A DNA stretch of 64,000 nt from Candidatus Omnitrophota bacterium (lineage in GTDB: Bacteria; Omnitrophota; Gorgyraeia; Duberdicusellales; 4484-171), in assembly GCA_043823745.1 (NCBI GenBank), contig JBDRAN010000002.1, positions 6,296 to 70,295 of the forward strand, given 5' to 3'. Positions within the stretch are counted from its first letter, which is position 1; every line of letters starts with the position of its first letter. Shown piece by piece: positions 39,055 to 47,746 of this stretch. The notes below the pieces were generated by a model. The model made no database searches and was not told the DNA's origin. It saw nothing but the letters and a program-made list of their open reading frames with translations. Position numbers and translations under genes: made by a program.

Positions 39055-39123
39055 GCGATTAGCGTTTAGCGATTAGCGGATAGTGTAGATTCCACATCTT
39101 CCTACTACACGCTACACGTTATA
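39054..39123. repeat. intergenic inverted heptamer element (TAGCGNT / ACGCTAC)
   Basis: agcgat-tagcgtt-tagcgat-tagcgga-tagtgta then ctactac-acgctac-acgttat. Confidence 0.8.
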
Positions 39124-39143
39124 GGTAACACCCGGTCAGATCG

Positions 39144-39325
39144 CACCCGGCGCTTAAAGCACCCAGCACTTAGAGGGATGGTGCTGGTGTCGCCCTTCTG
39201 GGCGAGAATTGCGCCGGTATGCACTTATCGGCTACACCCGACGCTTAAATGTATTGCGTCGGTATGCGCTTGCTGCGCAACACCCGGCGCTTATCGGAAT
39301 TGCGCCGGTATGCACTTTCTGTGCA
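39144..39325. repeat. REP-like hairpin cluster (family B), 4 units, one nested
   Basis: CACCCRRCRCTTA..GYGYYGGT units at 39144, 39160, 39235 and 39281 with compensatory stem changes. Confidence 0.85.
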
Positions 39326-39335
39326 AGGAGGTTTC

Positions 39336-39845
39336 ATGAGTAAATATCTTGTCTTATTTGGCTTTGTTTTTTTGAGCGGCTGTTTAGCGAGAACATATAC
39401 GCTTACCAAGCCCCGCGTTGACACCGAGATCAAGGGTAACCGTGGATATCTCTCAGGGGCTCCCGCGCAGGAGACAGTCGCGCCTTCGAGGCTTGGCGAT
39501 ACGCGTAAAACGTCGGTATTGGAAATAGAGCTTGGTCCGCATCCCCGATCGTCAGCATCTAAAACTCTCGTAACCGCACCCCGGAGAAAAGCTGTTCAGA
39601 AAGAGGATTCATCGCAAGGCATTGCGTCCCAGGAGACTGAGGAGATTGTCGATGAGATCATAGAGGAGACAACCTATCGCGAATATATTGTTGAAAAAGG
39701 AGATACCTTGCAGAAAATTTCACAGAAATTTTATGGTACAACGAAGAAGTGGCAGATGCTTTACCAAGAAAATAAAGATATTTTGAAAGGCCCGGATAAG
39801 GTCTATCCGGGGATCAAGATCAGGATACCGCAGGAGAAGCAGTAG
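39336..39845 (+). CDS. LysM-domain lipoprotein
   Basis: Lipobox LSGC; C-terminal YIVEKGDTLQKIS..FYG..KW..LY..N; AGGAGG SD. Confidence 0.9.
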   Translation: MSKYLVLFGFVFLSGCLARTYTLTKPRVDTEIKGNRGYLSGAPAQETVAPSRLGDTRKTSVLEIELGPHPRSSASKTLVTAPRRKAVQKEDSSQGIASQETEEIVDEIIEETTYREYIVEKGDTLQKISQKFYGTTKKWQMLYQENKDILKGPDKVYPGIKIRIPQEKQ

Positions 39846-39851
39846 AGAGAA

Positions 39852-39932
39852 GGACATGGGATGTTGGACGTTCGCTCGCACGGCGCTCGTTGCGCCAGGC
39901 TCGTTGGGACGTGGGACGTAAGACGTAGGACG
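39852..39932. repeat. heptamer repeat (GGACGTN), single arm with an inserted hairpin
   Basis: ggacatg-ggatgtt-ggacgtt [insert] gggacgt-gggacgt-aagacgt-aggacg. Confidence 0.75.
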
Positions 39933-39942
39933 ATCAGAAAAC

Positions 39943-40890
39943 ATGGAAAAGATTATTGAGATTCAAGACAGTGCCGCGCTGCGAGAGATTTTTGGCGTTG
40001 AGGATCGAAACCTGCGTTTTATTGAGAAGCAATGCAAGGTAAAGGTCTCTCTTTCTCCCCAGGGCATCACCGTAAAAGGATCATCCGCGGACATCGAGCG
40101 CGCGGGCGGGCTTGTTCAAAAAATTATAAGTTTAGGCGCGGCAGGCCTGGTGTTTAGCCGTGATGAATTTCAGGGGTATTTGGCCGCGCAGGATACCGAG
40201 GCTTCAAGAAATCCGACCGGGATAAAAGTTCCTTCAGCGAAAAAGAAGATAGTCCTTGCCAAGACCGAGGGCCAGGAAGAATATGTGAAGGCCATAAAAG
40301 ATTATGATATAGTTTTTTCGGTCGGGCCGGCCGGAACCGGAAAAACCTATTTAGCGATGGTCATGGCGGTTAATTGGCTGATGGAGAAAAAAGTCAGACG
40401 TATTATTCTGACGAGACCGGCGCGCGAAGCCGGAGAGTCGCTCGGATTCCTGCCGGGCGGAATGCAAGAGAAATTAGGCCCGTATCTTCGTCCTCTGTAT
40501 GACGCGCTGTACGACATGATGGAGGCCGAAGTCATCGAAGATTATCTTGAAACCGGGATTATTGAGGTAGCGCCCCTTGCCTATATGCGTGGCCGGACCT
40601 TAAATAACGCGTTCGTGATTCTCGATGAGGCGCAAAACTGCACTGCCGAGCAGTTGAAGATGTTTTTGACGCGTTTGGGATTTGACTCCAAAGCAGTTAT
40701 CACGGGCGATATTACGCAGAGCGATCTACCCGGCGGAAAACCTTCCGGCCTTACCGGGGCGATCGGGATATTACAATCTATCAAGGGCATTAAATTTATT
40801 TATTTAACAAAGAAGGATGTCGTCAGGCACCCGCTTATTCAACAGATCATTCAGGCGTATGAAGATTCGCATGCTGCGGCATCCCGATAG
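39943..40890 (+). CDS. phoH: PhoH family ATPase
   Basis: GPAGTGKT, LTRPA, LGFLPG, YMRGRTL, DEAQN, GDITQSD, VVRH. Confidence 0.95.
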   Translation: MEKIIEIQDSAALREIFGVEDRNLRFIEKQCKVKVSLSPQGITVKGSSADIERAGGLVQKIISLGAAGLVFSRDEFQGYLAAQDTEASRNPTGIKVPSAKKKIVLAKTEGQEEYVKAIKDYDIVFSVGPAGTGKTYLAMVMAVNWLMEKKVRRIILTRPAREAGESLGFLPGGMQEKLGPYLRPLYDALYDMMEAEVIEDYLETGIIEVAPLAYMRGRTLNNAFVILDEAQNCTAEQLKMFLTRLGFDSKAVITGDITQSDLPGGKPSGLTGAIGILQSIKGIKFIYLTKKDVVRHPLIQQIIQAYEDSHAAASR

Positions 40891-40907
40891 GAGTATATGG
40901 TGACCCC

Positions 40908-42263
40908 ATGACGTTATCTGCATGGAAAAAAGAAATTAGCCTTGGTAATATGTTTACTACGCTGTTCTTTTTCGCCGCGGCGGCGTTTATTTTTAATGCG
41001 TACTCTATTGATTATTCCCCGCTGTTTATCGCGTTAATACTTATTGCGTACGCTCGGTATATCAAGAAGATAGAAAATCTTCCTCCGTATCTTGACGTGT
41101 ATCTTCTCGGGTCGCTGGCGATCTTGATTTCTCTGGTGACAACGGTATTCTTCAAAATTTCTGGCTATGGGATAGCCGCGATTGGTTTCGCTATTCTCGT
41201 CACCGTTCTCTTTGAGAATCTTGAATTTTCGTTGCTTTTTTCTTTTTTTATTTCAGCCATGGCGGCGAGCATTGAGGGAGGTAATTATGGCGTGGGGGTA
41301 AGCCTTTTTACCGGTTCCCTTATCGCGGCGAAACTCTCCTTTCGTATTCGTCACCGTTCCCAGCTTATGAAAGCAGGCCTTATTGGCGGCGTCGTTCAGT
41401 TTTTGACTGCCTTTATTCTTAACAAGGAACAGAGTTTTCTTTTCTTCCCTGCTATCGATATTCATCTTCTCCAAATTTGTCTTTTGAACGGTTTAATCTC
41501 AGCAATCGTGGTTTTAGGAATATTGCCGCTCTTTGAGTATGTTTTTCGCGTCGTGACCAACATTTCACTTCTTGAACTTTCCGATTCAAATCACCCGCTT
41601 CTGCGGCGGCTTATCTTGGAAGCGCCGGGAACCTACTCGCATTCTCTGGTAGTCGCTAATCTAAGCGAAGCGGCAGCTGACGCTGTCGGGGCAAATTCAC
41701 TCCTGGCGCGTGTCGGCGCGTATTATCATGATGTCGGTAAGATGCTTAAGCCAAACTATTTCGTGGAAAATCTTGTCGGTTACCGCGATGTGCACAAAGA
41801 TTTAAAACCTTCGATGAGCAAGATAATTATTATGAATCATGTTAAGGATGGGATAGAGCTTGGGCGGCAGTATCATCTTAACTCCCGTATTATTGATTTT
41901 ATCGAGCAGCATCACGGAAAGACGCTCGTGTATTATTTCTATCAAAAGGCTAAAGAGCTTGACCCCGAGAAAGAGCACGAGGAGGATTACCGGTATCTTG
42001 GCCCCAAGCCCCAAAGTAAAGAGGTCGTTATTGTGGCGCTCGCTGATTCGATTGAAGCGCTCTCGCGCACACTCGATGAGCCCACGCCGGCACGCATCGA
42101 GGAGACGGTTCGGGGGGTTGTGCGAAAAAGATTCCTGGAGGGCGAGCTCGATGAAAGTAACCTCACCTTGAATGATTTGGAGAAAATAACCCAGAGCTTT
42201 ATCCGCATGCTTAATGCCCTTTTCCATAGCCGCATTACTTACCCTAAAGACAGTAACCCATAA
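40908..42263 (+). CDS. 7TM-HD phosphohydrolase (PgpH-like)
   Basis: TM region then HPLL..L..EAPGTY.HS, YYHDVGK..KP.YF.EN, HHG, LADS.EA. Confidence 0.9.
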   Translation: MTLSAWKKEISLGNMFTTLFFFAAAAFIFNAYSIDYSPLFIALILIAYARYIKKIENLPPYLDVYLLGSLAILISLVTTVFFKISGYGIAAIGFAILVTVLFENLEFSLLFSFFISAMAASIEGGNYGVGVSLFTGSLIAAKLSFRIRHRSQLMKAGLIGGVVQFLTAFILNKEQSFLFFPAIDIHLLQICLLNGLISAIVVLGILPLFEYVFRVVTNISLLELSDSNHPLLRRLILEAPGTYSHSLVVANLSEAAADAVGANSLLARVGAYYHDVGKMLKPNYFVENLVGYRDVHKDLKPSMSKIIIMNHVKDGIELGRQYHLNSRIIDFIEQHHGKTLVYYFYQKAKELDPEKEHEEDYRYLGPKPQSKEVVIVALADSIEALSRTLDEPTPARIEETVRGVVRKRFLEGELDESNLTLNDLEKITQSFIRMLNALFHSRITYPKDSNP

Positions 42264-42282
42264 GAACTCTGCGAGCGCGTGC

Positions 42283-42735
42283 ATGAGCATTGCCCTTCTC
42301 AACAAACAAAAAACCCGTCTTAACGCGATTCGGTTGCGCGCACATCTTGCAAAGGCTTCCCGGTTTCTTGGGATATCAAAACGGGACGTTTCATTTGTTT
42401 TTTGCGATGATGTGTTTATCCGGCGCCTACACGCAATATACTTCAACGATAACAGTGCCACCGATGTCATTTCGTTTTGTTTTGCCGAAAAGCGTACTGA
42501 TCGATACCTGGGAGAAGTGATTGTTTCTGTCTCGTGCGCCCGCGCGTGCGCCCACCGGTACGGTATGACCTTTGAGCAAGAACTTATGTTGTATTGTATC
42601 CACGGTATGTTGCATCTTATCGGTTACGACGATCGTACGCGTGCAGGCCGCGTGCGCATGGAGCGCATGCAGCAGAGAATTCTTAAGAAAGTATTGAAGG
42701 CTTCAAGGTCACCAGCCACCAGTAAAAACGGGTGA
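42283..42735 (+). CDS. ybeY: rRNA maturation endoribonuclease YbeY
   Basis: TDVISF, LGEVIVS, HGMLHLIGYDD; last codons lie inside a repeat element. Confidence 0.92.
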   Translation: MSIALLNKQKTRLNAIRLRAHLAKASRFLGISKRDVSFVFCDDVFIRRLHAIYFNDNSATDVISFCFAEKRTDRYLGEVIVSVSCARACAHRYGMTFEQELMLYCIHGMLHLIGYDDRTRAGRVRMERMQQRILKKVLKASRSPATSKNG

Positions 42736-42852
42736 CCTTGTCCCTCCAGGGAAGGCTTCGCACCCCCTGACGGGAGGCTTCGCACCCCCCTTCGGGGAGG
42801 CTTTGCACCCCCCTTGACGGGAGGCTTCGCGCTAACTTTGTGACGTGGTGAC
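42708..42852. repeat. inverted copy of the 21211-21280 octamer element, interrupted by four tandem REP-like units (42742-42833)
   Basis: caccagtaaaaacgggtga is the reverse complement of tcacccgtttttactggtg; insert units are ccc..gggaggcttcgca. Confidence 0.9.
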
Positions 42853-42857
42853 TTTTT

Positions 42858-43574
42858 ATGATAGCTCGTGATCTCGGATTCGTTCTTCGCCGCTACAATT
42901 TCAGAGAAACAAGCGTGATTGCCAGCATCTATACGCGCAAATTTGGAAAGATTACTGGAATTCTCAAGGGTTTTTATACTCCCAAAAAGGAATTCGCTTC
43001 ACCGCTACAAGCGTGTACTCTGCATGAGTTCGTATTTTATCCCAAGAAAAGAGAAATATGGCTTGTTTCATTCGCGGAACTGGTGCGTGACTTCCCGTAT
43101 TTACGTGTAAGCCTGCCGCGCGCGCGTGTGGCCGCGGCATGCATCAACATCGTTGAACGCACAATGCAGCTCTGGGATGATAACCAGGCGGTATTTTCGC
43201 TGCTGGAAGATTCTTTGATAGCGCTCGGCAAGGAAGATGAACGAAAAGTGCTTTCAATTTTTCTTATCAAGTTCTTAACGGTTTCCGGTTTTAAGCCGGA
43301 GTTTACCAAGTGTATCTGCTGCTATGGGTCTTTTGCGGGAACATTTTTCTTTAGCGTATCAAGAGGTGGGCTTTTGTGTCCATCCTGTCGCGCGCACGCT
43401 CCCGATAGCCGCAAATTGAGCAGGGAGGCATCGCTTTCTCTCTTGTATATTCAAAACAATGATTTTCCTCATGTAACACGCCTGCATCCGACGAGCTCAT
43501 GCGCCAAGGAGATGTTTCAGGTCCTGCGCGGATTCTTGGCCTATCATTTGGATATGGATGTTTTACCGCAATGA
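42858..43574 (+). CDS. recO: DNA repair protein RecO
   Basis: G.VLR...ETS.I...YT..FGKI, GFKP....CxxC, GG..CxxC. Confidence 0.93.
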   Translation: MIARDLGFVLRRYNFRETSVIASIYTRKFGKITGILKGFYTPKKEFASPLQACTLHEFVFYPKKREIWLVSFAELVRDFPYLRVSLPRARVAAACINIVERTMQLWDDNQAVFSLLEDSLIALGKEDERKVLSIFLIKFLTVSGFKPEFTKCICCYGSFAGTFFFSVSRGGLLCPSCRAHAPDSRKLSREASLSLLYIQNNDFPHVTRLHPTSSCAKEMFQVLRGFLAYHLDMDVLPQ

Positions 43575-43576
43575 GA

Positions 43577-43676
43577 AAGCGATGAGCGTAAAAGCACGGT
43601 TCTATGGTGTAGGTTGTAGGGTGAAGGCTCTAGGGTTTTTAACCTAGAACCTTGAACCTGGAGCCTGAGGCTTGAA
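43577..43676. repeat. intergenic inverted heptamer element (GGTTCTA / AACCTAG)
   Basis: ggttcta-tggtgta-ggttgta-gggtgaa-ggctcta then aacctag-aaccttg-aacctgg-agcctga. Confidence 0.8.
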
Positions 43677-43698
43677 GTAAGGTGTTATCCGGTATTTA

Positions 43699-43707
43699 TG
43701 GTATAAT
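43699..43707 (+). promoter_or_regulatory. extended -10 promoter
   Basis: TGGTATAAT 9 nt before ATG 43717. Confidence 0.55.
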
Positions 43708-43716
43708 TACTTTTAT

Positions 43717-44211
43717 ATGAAAAGAATAAGTGAATGTATCGGTAAGGAATTGGTTTGGAAGCCGCGCCATTTTTTCAGTAACTCATATGAGCTGTTTTTT
43801 GACAGCGAGATTATTGCTCGTCTTGAGGTAGCATGGTTTCGTTTTTCTGCCAGGGCGATAACCGCTGATGGCGAGTGGAGATTTCAGTTAAAAGGTTTTT
43901 GGCAGCGGAAGATCATTATCGTTGATTCCCGTGCGAATAGAGAGGTTGGACAATGCAGCGTCAGTTGGTTGGGGAGAGCAACGTTCGTTACGTCTTCGGC
44001 GCAGGAATTTTTCTGGGTTTGGCGGGGATTTTTAGGATTAACCCACGCGTGGGTGTCGGGTGGGTCCGATATACTTCTCTTGAGATGGAAATTTTCTAAG
44101 ACTTATGTGGAATTTGGTCAAGGCGCCGATATCTCACGTTTTAGCGCGCTCCTTTCATGTCTTGGAAAATATCTTTTGATTTTGGAGCAATCGCGAAATA
44201 ATAACACATAA
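43717..44211 (+). CDS. hypothetical protein (Trp/Gly-rich, beta-strand-like)
   Basis: 164-aa ORF filling the gap with a promoter upstream; no family recognised. Confidence 0.7.
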   Translation: MKRISECIGKELVWKPRHFFSNSYELFFDSEIIARLEVAWFRFSARAITADGEWRFQLKGFWQRKIIIVDSRANREVGQCSVSWLGRATFVTSSAQEFFWVWRGFLGLTHAWVSGGSDILLLRWKFSKTYVEFGQGADISRFSALLSCLGKYLLILEQSRNNNT

Positions 44212-44228
44212 TAAGAGAGGGGCGTGTG

Positions 44229-44669
44229 ATGATTTACGAAAACAGAAAAGTGGATGCGATTGAAGAAAAAGCAAAGAAAACCTTAGGCCAGACATTTTTT
44301 CCCGATGATGTTGACCCGGGAATTTTGCAGACGATCGCCTATGAGTATCCAAAGCGCGTAATTGACGTTGAATTGACAACCTCGGAGTTTACCTGCATCT
44401 GCCCTTATTCGGGCCTTCCTGATTTTGCCACCATCATTATTCGCTATGTTCCTCGCGCGCGGCTTATTGAGCTAAAATCCTTAAAGTATTATTTCTACGC
44501 GTTTCGTAATGTAAAAGTGTATAACGAGCATGCGGTCAACAAAATCCTTGAGGATTTAGTGCGCGTGGTTAAGCCCCGTTCAATGACCGTGATTGGTGAG
44601 TTTACGGTTCGCGGAGGAGCGACGAATAAAGTTACGGCGCAGTATAAAACACGAGCGTATAGCGTTTAG
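44229..44669 (+). CDS. queF: preQ0 reductase QueF (unimodular)
   Basis: EFTCICPYSGLPDFA, IELKSLKYY, NKILEDL, F.VRGG. Confidence 0.95.
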   Translation: MIYENRKVDAIEEKAKKTLGQTFFPDDVDPGILQTIAYEYPKRVIDVELTTSEFTCICPYSGLPDFATIIIRYVPRARLIELKSLKYYFYAFRNVKVYNEHAVNKILEDLVRVVKPRSMTVIGEFTVRGGATNKVTAQYKTRAYSV

Positions 44670-44862
44670 CGTGTAGCGTATAGTAAAGAAGCGATTAGCG
44701 TGTTTAGTGGGGATAATGAAGAAGTGACAAAATTACTAAAAAACTATATTACTAAACTTTCTTTAAACTAATGATTTCATATCTGGATTTTACTAATCGC
44801 TATACGGTGCGAAGCCTCCCCGAAGGGGGCTAGAAGCTCTGTGCAATACGCAATACGTTAAA
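44653..44862. repeat. intergenic inverted heptamer element (TAGCGTA / CGCWATA) with a gene relic and a REP-like insertion (44806-44842)
   Basis: gagcgta-tagcgtt-tagcgtg-tagcgta supplies the queF stop; right arm cgctata..caata-cgcaata-cgttaaa. Confidence 0.85.
44712..44771 (+). pseudogene. probable C-terminal relic of a four-helix-bundle (TIGR02436-like) gene
   Basis: DNEEVTKLLKNYITKLSLN* resembles, from memory, the EEVSKML..YI..L final helix of that family; lies between the arms. Confidence 0.5.
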
Positions 44863-44870
44863 TATTTGTT

Positions 44871-46634
44871 ATGAAGAACCAAGACGTGGCCGGTATATTT
44901 AGGGATGTAGCAAATATCTTAGAGCTTAAAGGGGATAATCCTTTTCGCATCCGCGCATACGCGCGGGCTGCGTTAACCATTGAAAGCTTGACGCAGGATC
45001 TTGATGCGCTTATCCACGATGATATGCTTCAATCTCTTCCGGGTATCGGTGTTGATCTTGCGGCAAAAATTAAAGAAATCGTTGCGACGGGAAAACTTTC
45101 CTATTATGAGAGATTGCAGAAAGAAATACCGCCGGGTTTAGTCCAGATGCTTGCGATACCCAGTCTTGGCCCAAAGACCGTAAAAAGTATTTATGACGCA
45201 TTGGGTATCGATACGGTTCGCAAGCTCGAAGCTGCGGCTCGTGCCGGAAAACTTAGGGTTGTTGAGGGTATAAAAGAGAAAACACAGGAGAATATTATTA
45301 AGGGTATCGCGATCCTTAAACAGGGGAGAGAGCGTGTACCTTTGTCGTTTGCGCTTGGTCTTGCCAATGAGTTTGCCGTGCGGCTTAATTCAATTAAAGA
45401 GGTTGATGCACTTGAAGTTGCCGGATCCCTGCGGCGCAGGAAAGATACAATTAAAGATATTGATATTTTGCTTGTTTCAAAAAAGCCCTCCGTTGTTATG
45501 AATACGTTTGTCGCATTGCCGCTGGTGAAGCAGGTTCTTGCGCACGGAGAAACAAAATCATCGGTTATAGCCGGAGAGCACTCTATGCAGGTTGACGTGC
45601 GGGTAGTGTCCAGTGAAAACTTTGGTTCGGCATTGATGTATTTTACCGGCTCAAAAGAGTTTAATATTACGATGCGACAGCTTGCCATCACATACGGCTG
45701 TAAGATAAACGAGTACGGAGTATTTAGGGTAAAAGGGAAAAAAGAGCAGTGGGTGGCTGGTAAAACTGAAGAAGATATCTTTTCTTTTTTTGATATGGGA
45801 TACATTGCTCCTGAATTGCGGGAAGATAGGGGGGAAGTGCTCGCGGCGCGAGCCCATAAACTTCCCCTGCTTATCGAGCTTGACGATATAAAAGGCGATT
45901 TTCATGTGCATTCAAAATATAGCGATGGTACTGCCGAAATTAGCGATATCGCCGCAGTCGCTGCGCGTCGTGGTTATAAATATATCGGTATTTGTGATCA
46001 TTCTATGAGTCTTAAGATCGCCGGAGGGCTCTCGGTGCGGCAGGTACACAAAAAAATAGCCGAGATTCGCGCGCTTAATAGAACAAGCGTGACACGGCTT
46101 TTAGCCGGCACGGAAGTGGATATTGATTCTAGAGGCGTGCTTGATTATCCGGAAAGCGTATTGCGCGAGTTTGATCTGGTAGTGGCGGCAATCCATAGCG
46201 GCTTTAAGCAATCAAAAGCGCAGATCACCCGGCGTCTGGTCGCGGCATGCAAGAATAAAGCGGTTAACATTATCGCGCATCCCACGGGTAAGTTGTGGGG
46301 CATGCGCGAGCCGTATGATTTCGATCTCCAAGAGGTTCTGCGCGCCGCAGCGGACAATAACGTGGCTATGGAAATAAATTGCCATCCCCAGCGTATCGAT
46401 TTAAATGATATAGCGGCGATGCGCGCGAAGAAGTTTGGCGTAAAAATTTCTCTGGGTACTGATGCCCATACATTGGATCAGCTTTCCAGTATCGAGCTTG
46501 GAGTAACTACTGCGCGCCGGGCGTGGCTTACGAAGCATGATGTTATTAACTCGATGGGGTACGAGGTGCTTACGCAGTGGTTAAAAAAGAGGCTAAAGAA
46601 CGCAGATGAAGCGAATGTATCGAGAAGTGGTTAG
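44871..46634 (+). CDS. polX: DNA polymerase X / PHP exonuclease
   Basis: NPFRIRAY, AGSLRR...IKDIDIL, YFTGSK, NEYG, GDFHVHS..SDG, GTDAH. Confidence 0.96.
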   Translation: MKNQDVAGIFRDVANILELKGDNPFRIRAYARAALTIESLTQDLDALIHDDMLQSLPGIGVDLAAKIKEIVATGKLSYYERLQKEIPPGLVQMLAIPSLGPKTVKSIYDALGIDTVRKLEAAARAGKLRVVEGIKEKTQENIIKGIAILKQGRERVPLSFALGLANEFAVRLNSIKEVDALEVAGSLRRRKDTIKDIDILLVSKKPSVVMNTFVALPLVKQVLAHGETKSSVIAGEHSMQVDVRVVSSENFGSALMYFTGSKEFNITMRQLAITYGCKINEYGVFRVKGKKEQWVAGKTEEDIFSFFDMGYIAPELREDRGEVLAARAHKLPLLIELDDIKGDFHVHSKYSDGTAEISDIAAVAARRGYKYIGICDHSMSLKIAGGLSVRQVHKKIAEIRALNRTSVTRLLAGTEVDIDSRGVLDYPESVLREFDLVVAAIHSGFKQSKAQITRRLVAACKNKAVNIIAHPTGKLWGMREPYDFDLQEVLRAAADNNVAMEINCHPQRIDLNDIAAMRAKKFGVKISLGTDAHTLDQLSSIELGVTTARRAWLTKHDVINSMGYEVLTQWLKKRLKNADEANVSRSG

Positions 46635-47625
46635 TGTATCGTGCGTTACTGTCAAAGCATACCGAATTTTCTTTTTGTTTTTCATAGCTTCTGTTCCCAT
46701 AGTGTTTTTAGGAGCCTGTAGCCGGCAGCCCGTAACGCGTACTTTTGTTGCTGCCGGTACGTATCTTGAAGTAAAATCGCCCGATACCCGCGCCGCCGGG
46801 ATTGTGTATGAAGAATTCAAGCGCCTTGAGGCGATTTTTAATTTTTATAGTCCGGATTCTGAACTCTCGCGGCTCAACCGTACTTTTCAGGAACCGGTAA
46901 AAGTTTCCTCGGAATTACTTGAAGTCTTGCTCTTGGCTCAGAAAGCGACAAGGGCAACCGAGGGAGCTTTTGATGTCAGCTACGGCGCGCTCTTCGCACG
47001 TTGGAAAGAGTGCATCAAAAGCGGTACGGGGGAGTTTCCACGGGAAGAGGAAATAACGGCGCTGCGGGAATCAGGTGGTATGCAGAATATTGAGATCAAC
47101 CAGAGCGCCGGCACCATTACGATCAAAAAAGAAGGGCTTAAAATAGATTTAGGCGGTATTGCCGAAGGATATATGGTTGACCGCGCCGCCCGCAAGCTTC
47201 GCGCTGCAGGAATTACCAGCGCGCTTATTAATGCCGGCGGTGATATTTATTGTATGGGTATGAATTTCAGTAAACCCTGGGTTATCGGTATCAAAGACTC
47301 ACGCGGGCTTACCCATATTGTCCAAGCCGAGAAGCTTGTTGATGCAGCGGTTACGACCTCCGGAAACTATGAACAGTTTTTCGAGCATAGAGGGAAAAAA
47401 TATTCTCATCTTATTGACCCGCGTACCGGATTTCCGGTCCAGAGTAATGTGGTTAGCGTTAGCGTTATTGCCAAAGATTGTACCGCTGCTGATAGCCTTG
47501 CGACTGCATTCTTTGTGATGGGTCTTGAGGCAACAAAAGTTTATATTAACGCGTACCCTCGAGGTATGCGCGCGTTTTTTTTGACATCGGAAAATGGTAT
47601 TGAGAGCATGGAGACGGTGGAGTAA
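46606..47625 (+). CDS. apbE: FAD:protein FMN transferase lipoprotein
   Basis: Lipobox LGAC, SELSRLN, GAFDV, DLGGIA.GY.VD, NAGGD, TSGNYE, HLIDPRTG; start uncertain. Confidence 0.93.
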   Translation: MKRMYREVVSVSCVTVKAYRIFFLFFIASVPIVFLGACSRQPVTRTFVAAGTYLEVKSPDTRAAGIVYEEFKRLEAIFNFYSPDSELSRLNRTFQEPVKVSSELLEVLLLAQKATRATEGAFDVSYGALFARWKECIKSGTGEFPREEEITALRESGGMQNIEINQSAGTITIKKEGLKIDLGGIAEGYMVDRAARKLRAAGITSALINAGGDIYCMGMNFSKPWVIGIKDSRGLTHIVQAEKLVDAAVTTSGNYEQFFEHRGKKYSHLIDPRTGFPVQSNVVSVSVIAKDCTAADSLATAFFVMGLEATKVYINAYPRGMRAFFLTSENGIESMETVE

Positions 47626-47627
47626 AG

Positions 47628-47746
47628 AAGCTAGGAAGCTCGTGGCTTACAGGGAAGATGGCAGATTGCAGATGACAGATGGCAGATAGAGGGACGAGGG
47701 ATGAGAGACGCAGATTGCCGCGAAATCAACGCAGATTTACGCAGAT
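47628..47746. repeat. stack of left arms from several repeat families at the island border
   Basis: agatggc-agattgc-agatgac-agatggc; gagggac-gagggat-gagagac; acgcagatt..acgcagattt-acgcagat. Confidence 0.85.

Noticed and set aside
39144-39325. Palindromic repeats with short gaps as a mini-CRISPR
   Set aside because: Gaps are about 10 nt and irregular, one unit is nested in another, and the variation is compensatory
42742-42833. Four 21-24-bp tandem repeats as a possible CRISPR array
   Set aside because: The units are adjacent with no unique spacers, there are no cas genes, and a solo copy lies at 44806; REP-like instead
44653-44862. Diversity-generating retroelement suggested by the Avd-like relic
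   Set aside because: No reverse transcriptase and no TR/VR pair differing at adenines in the window
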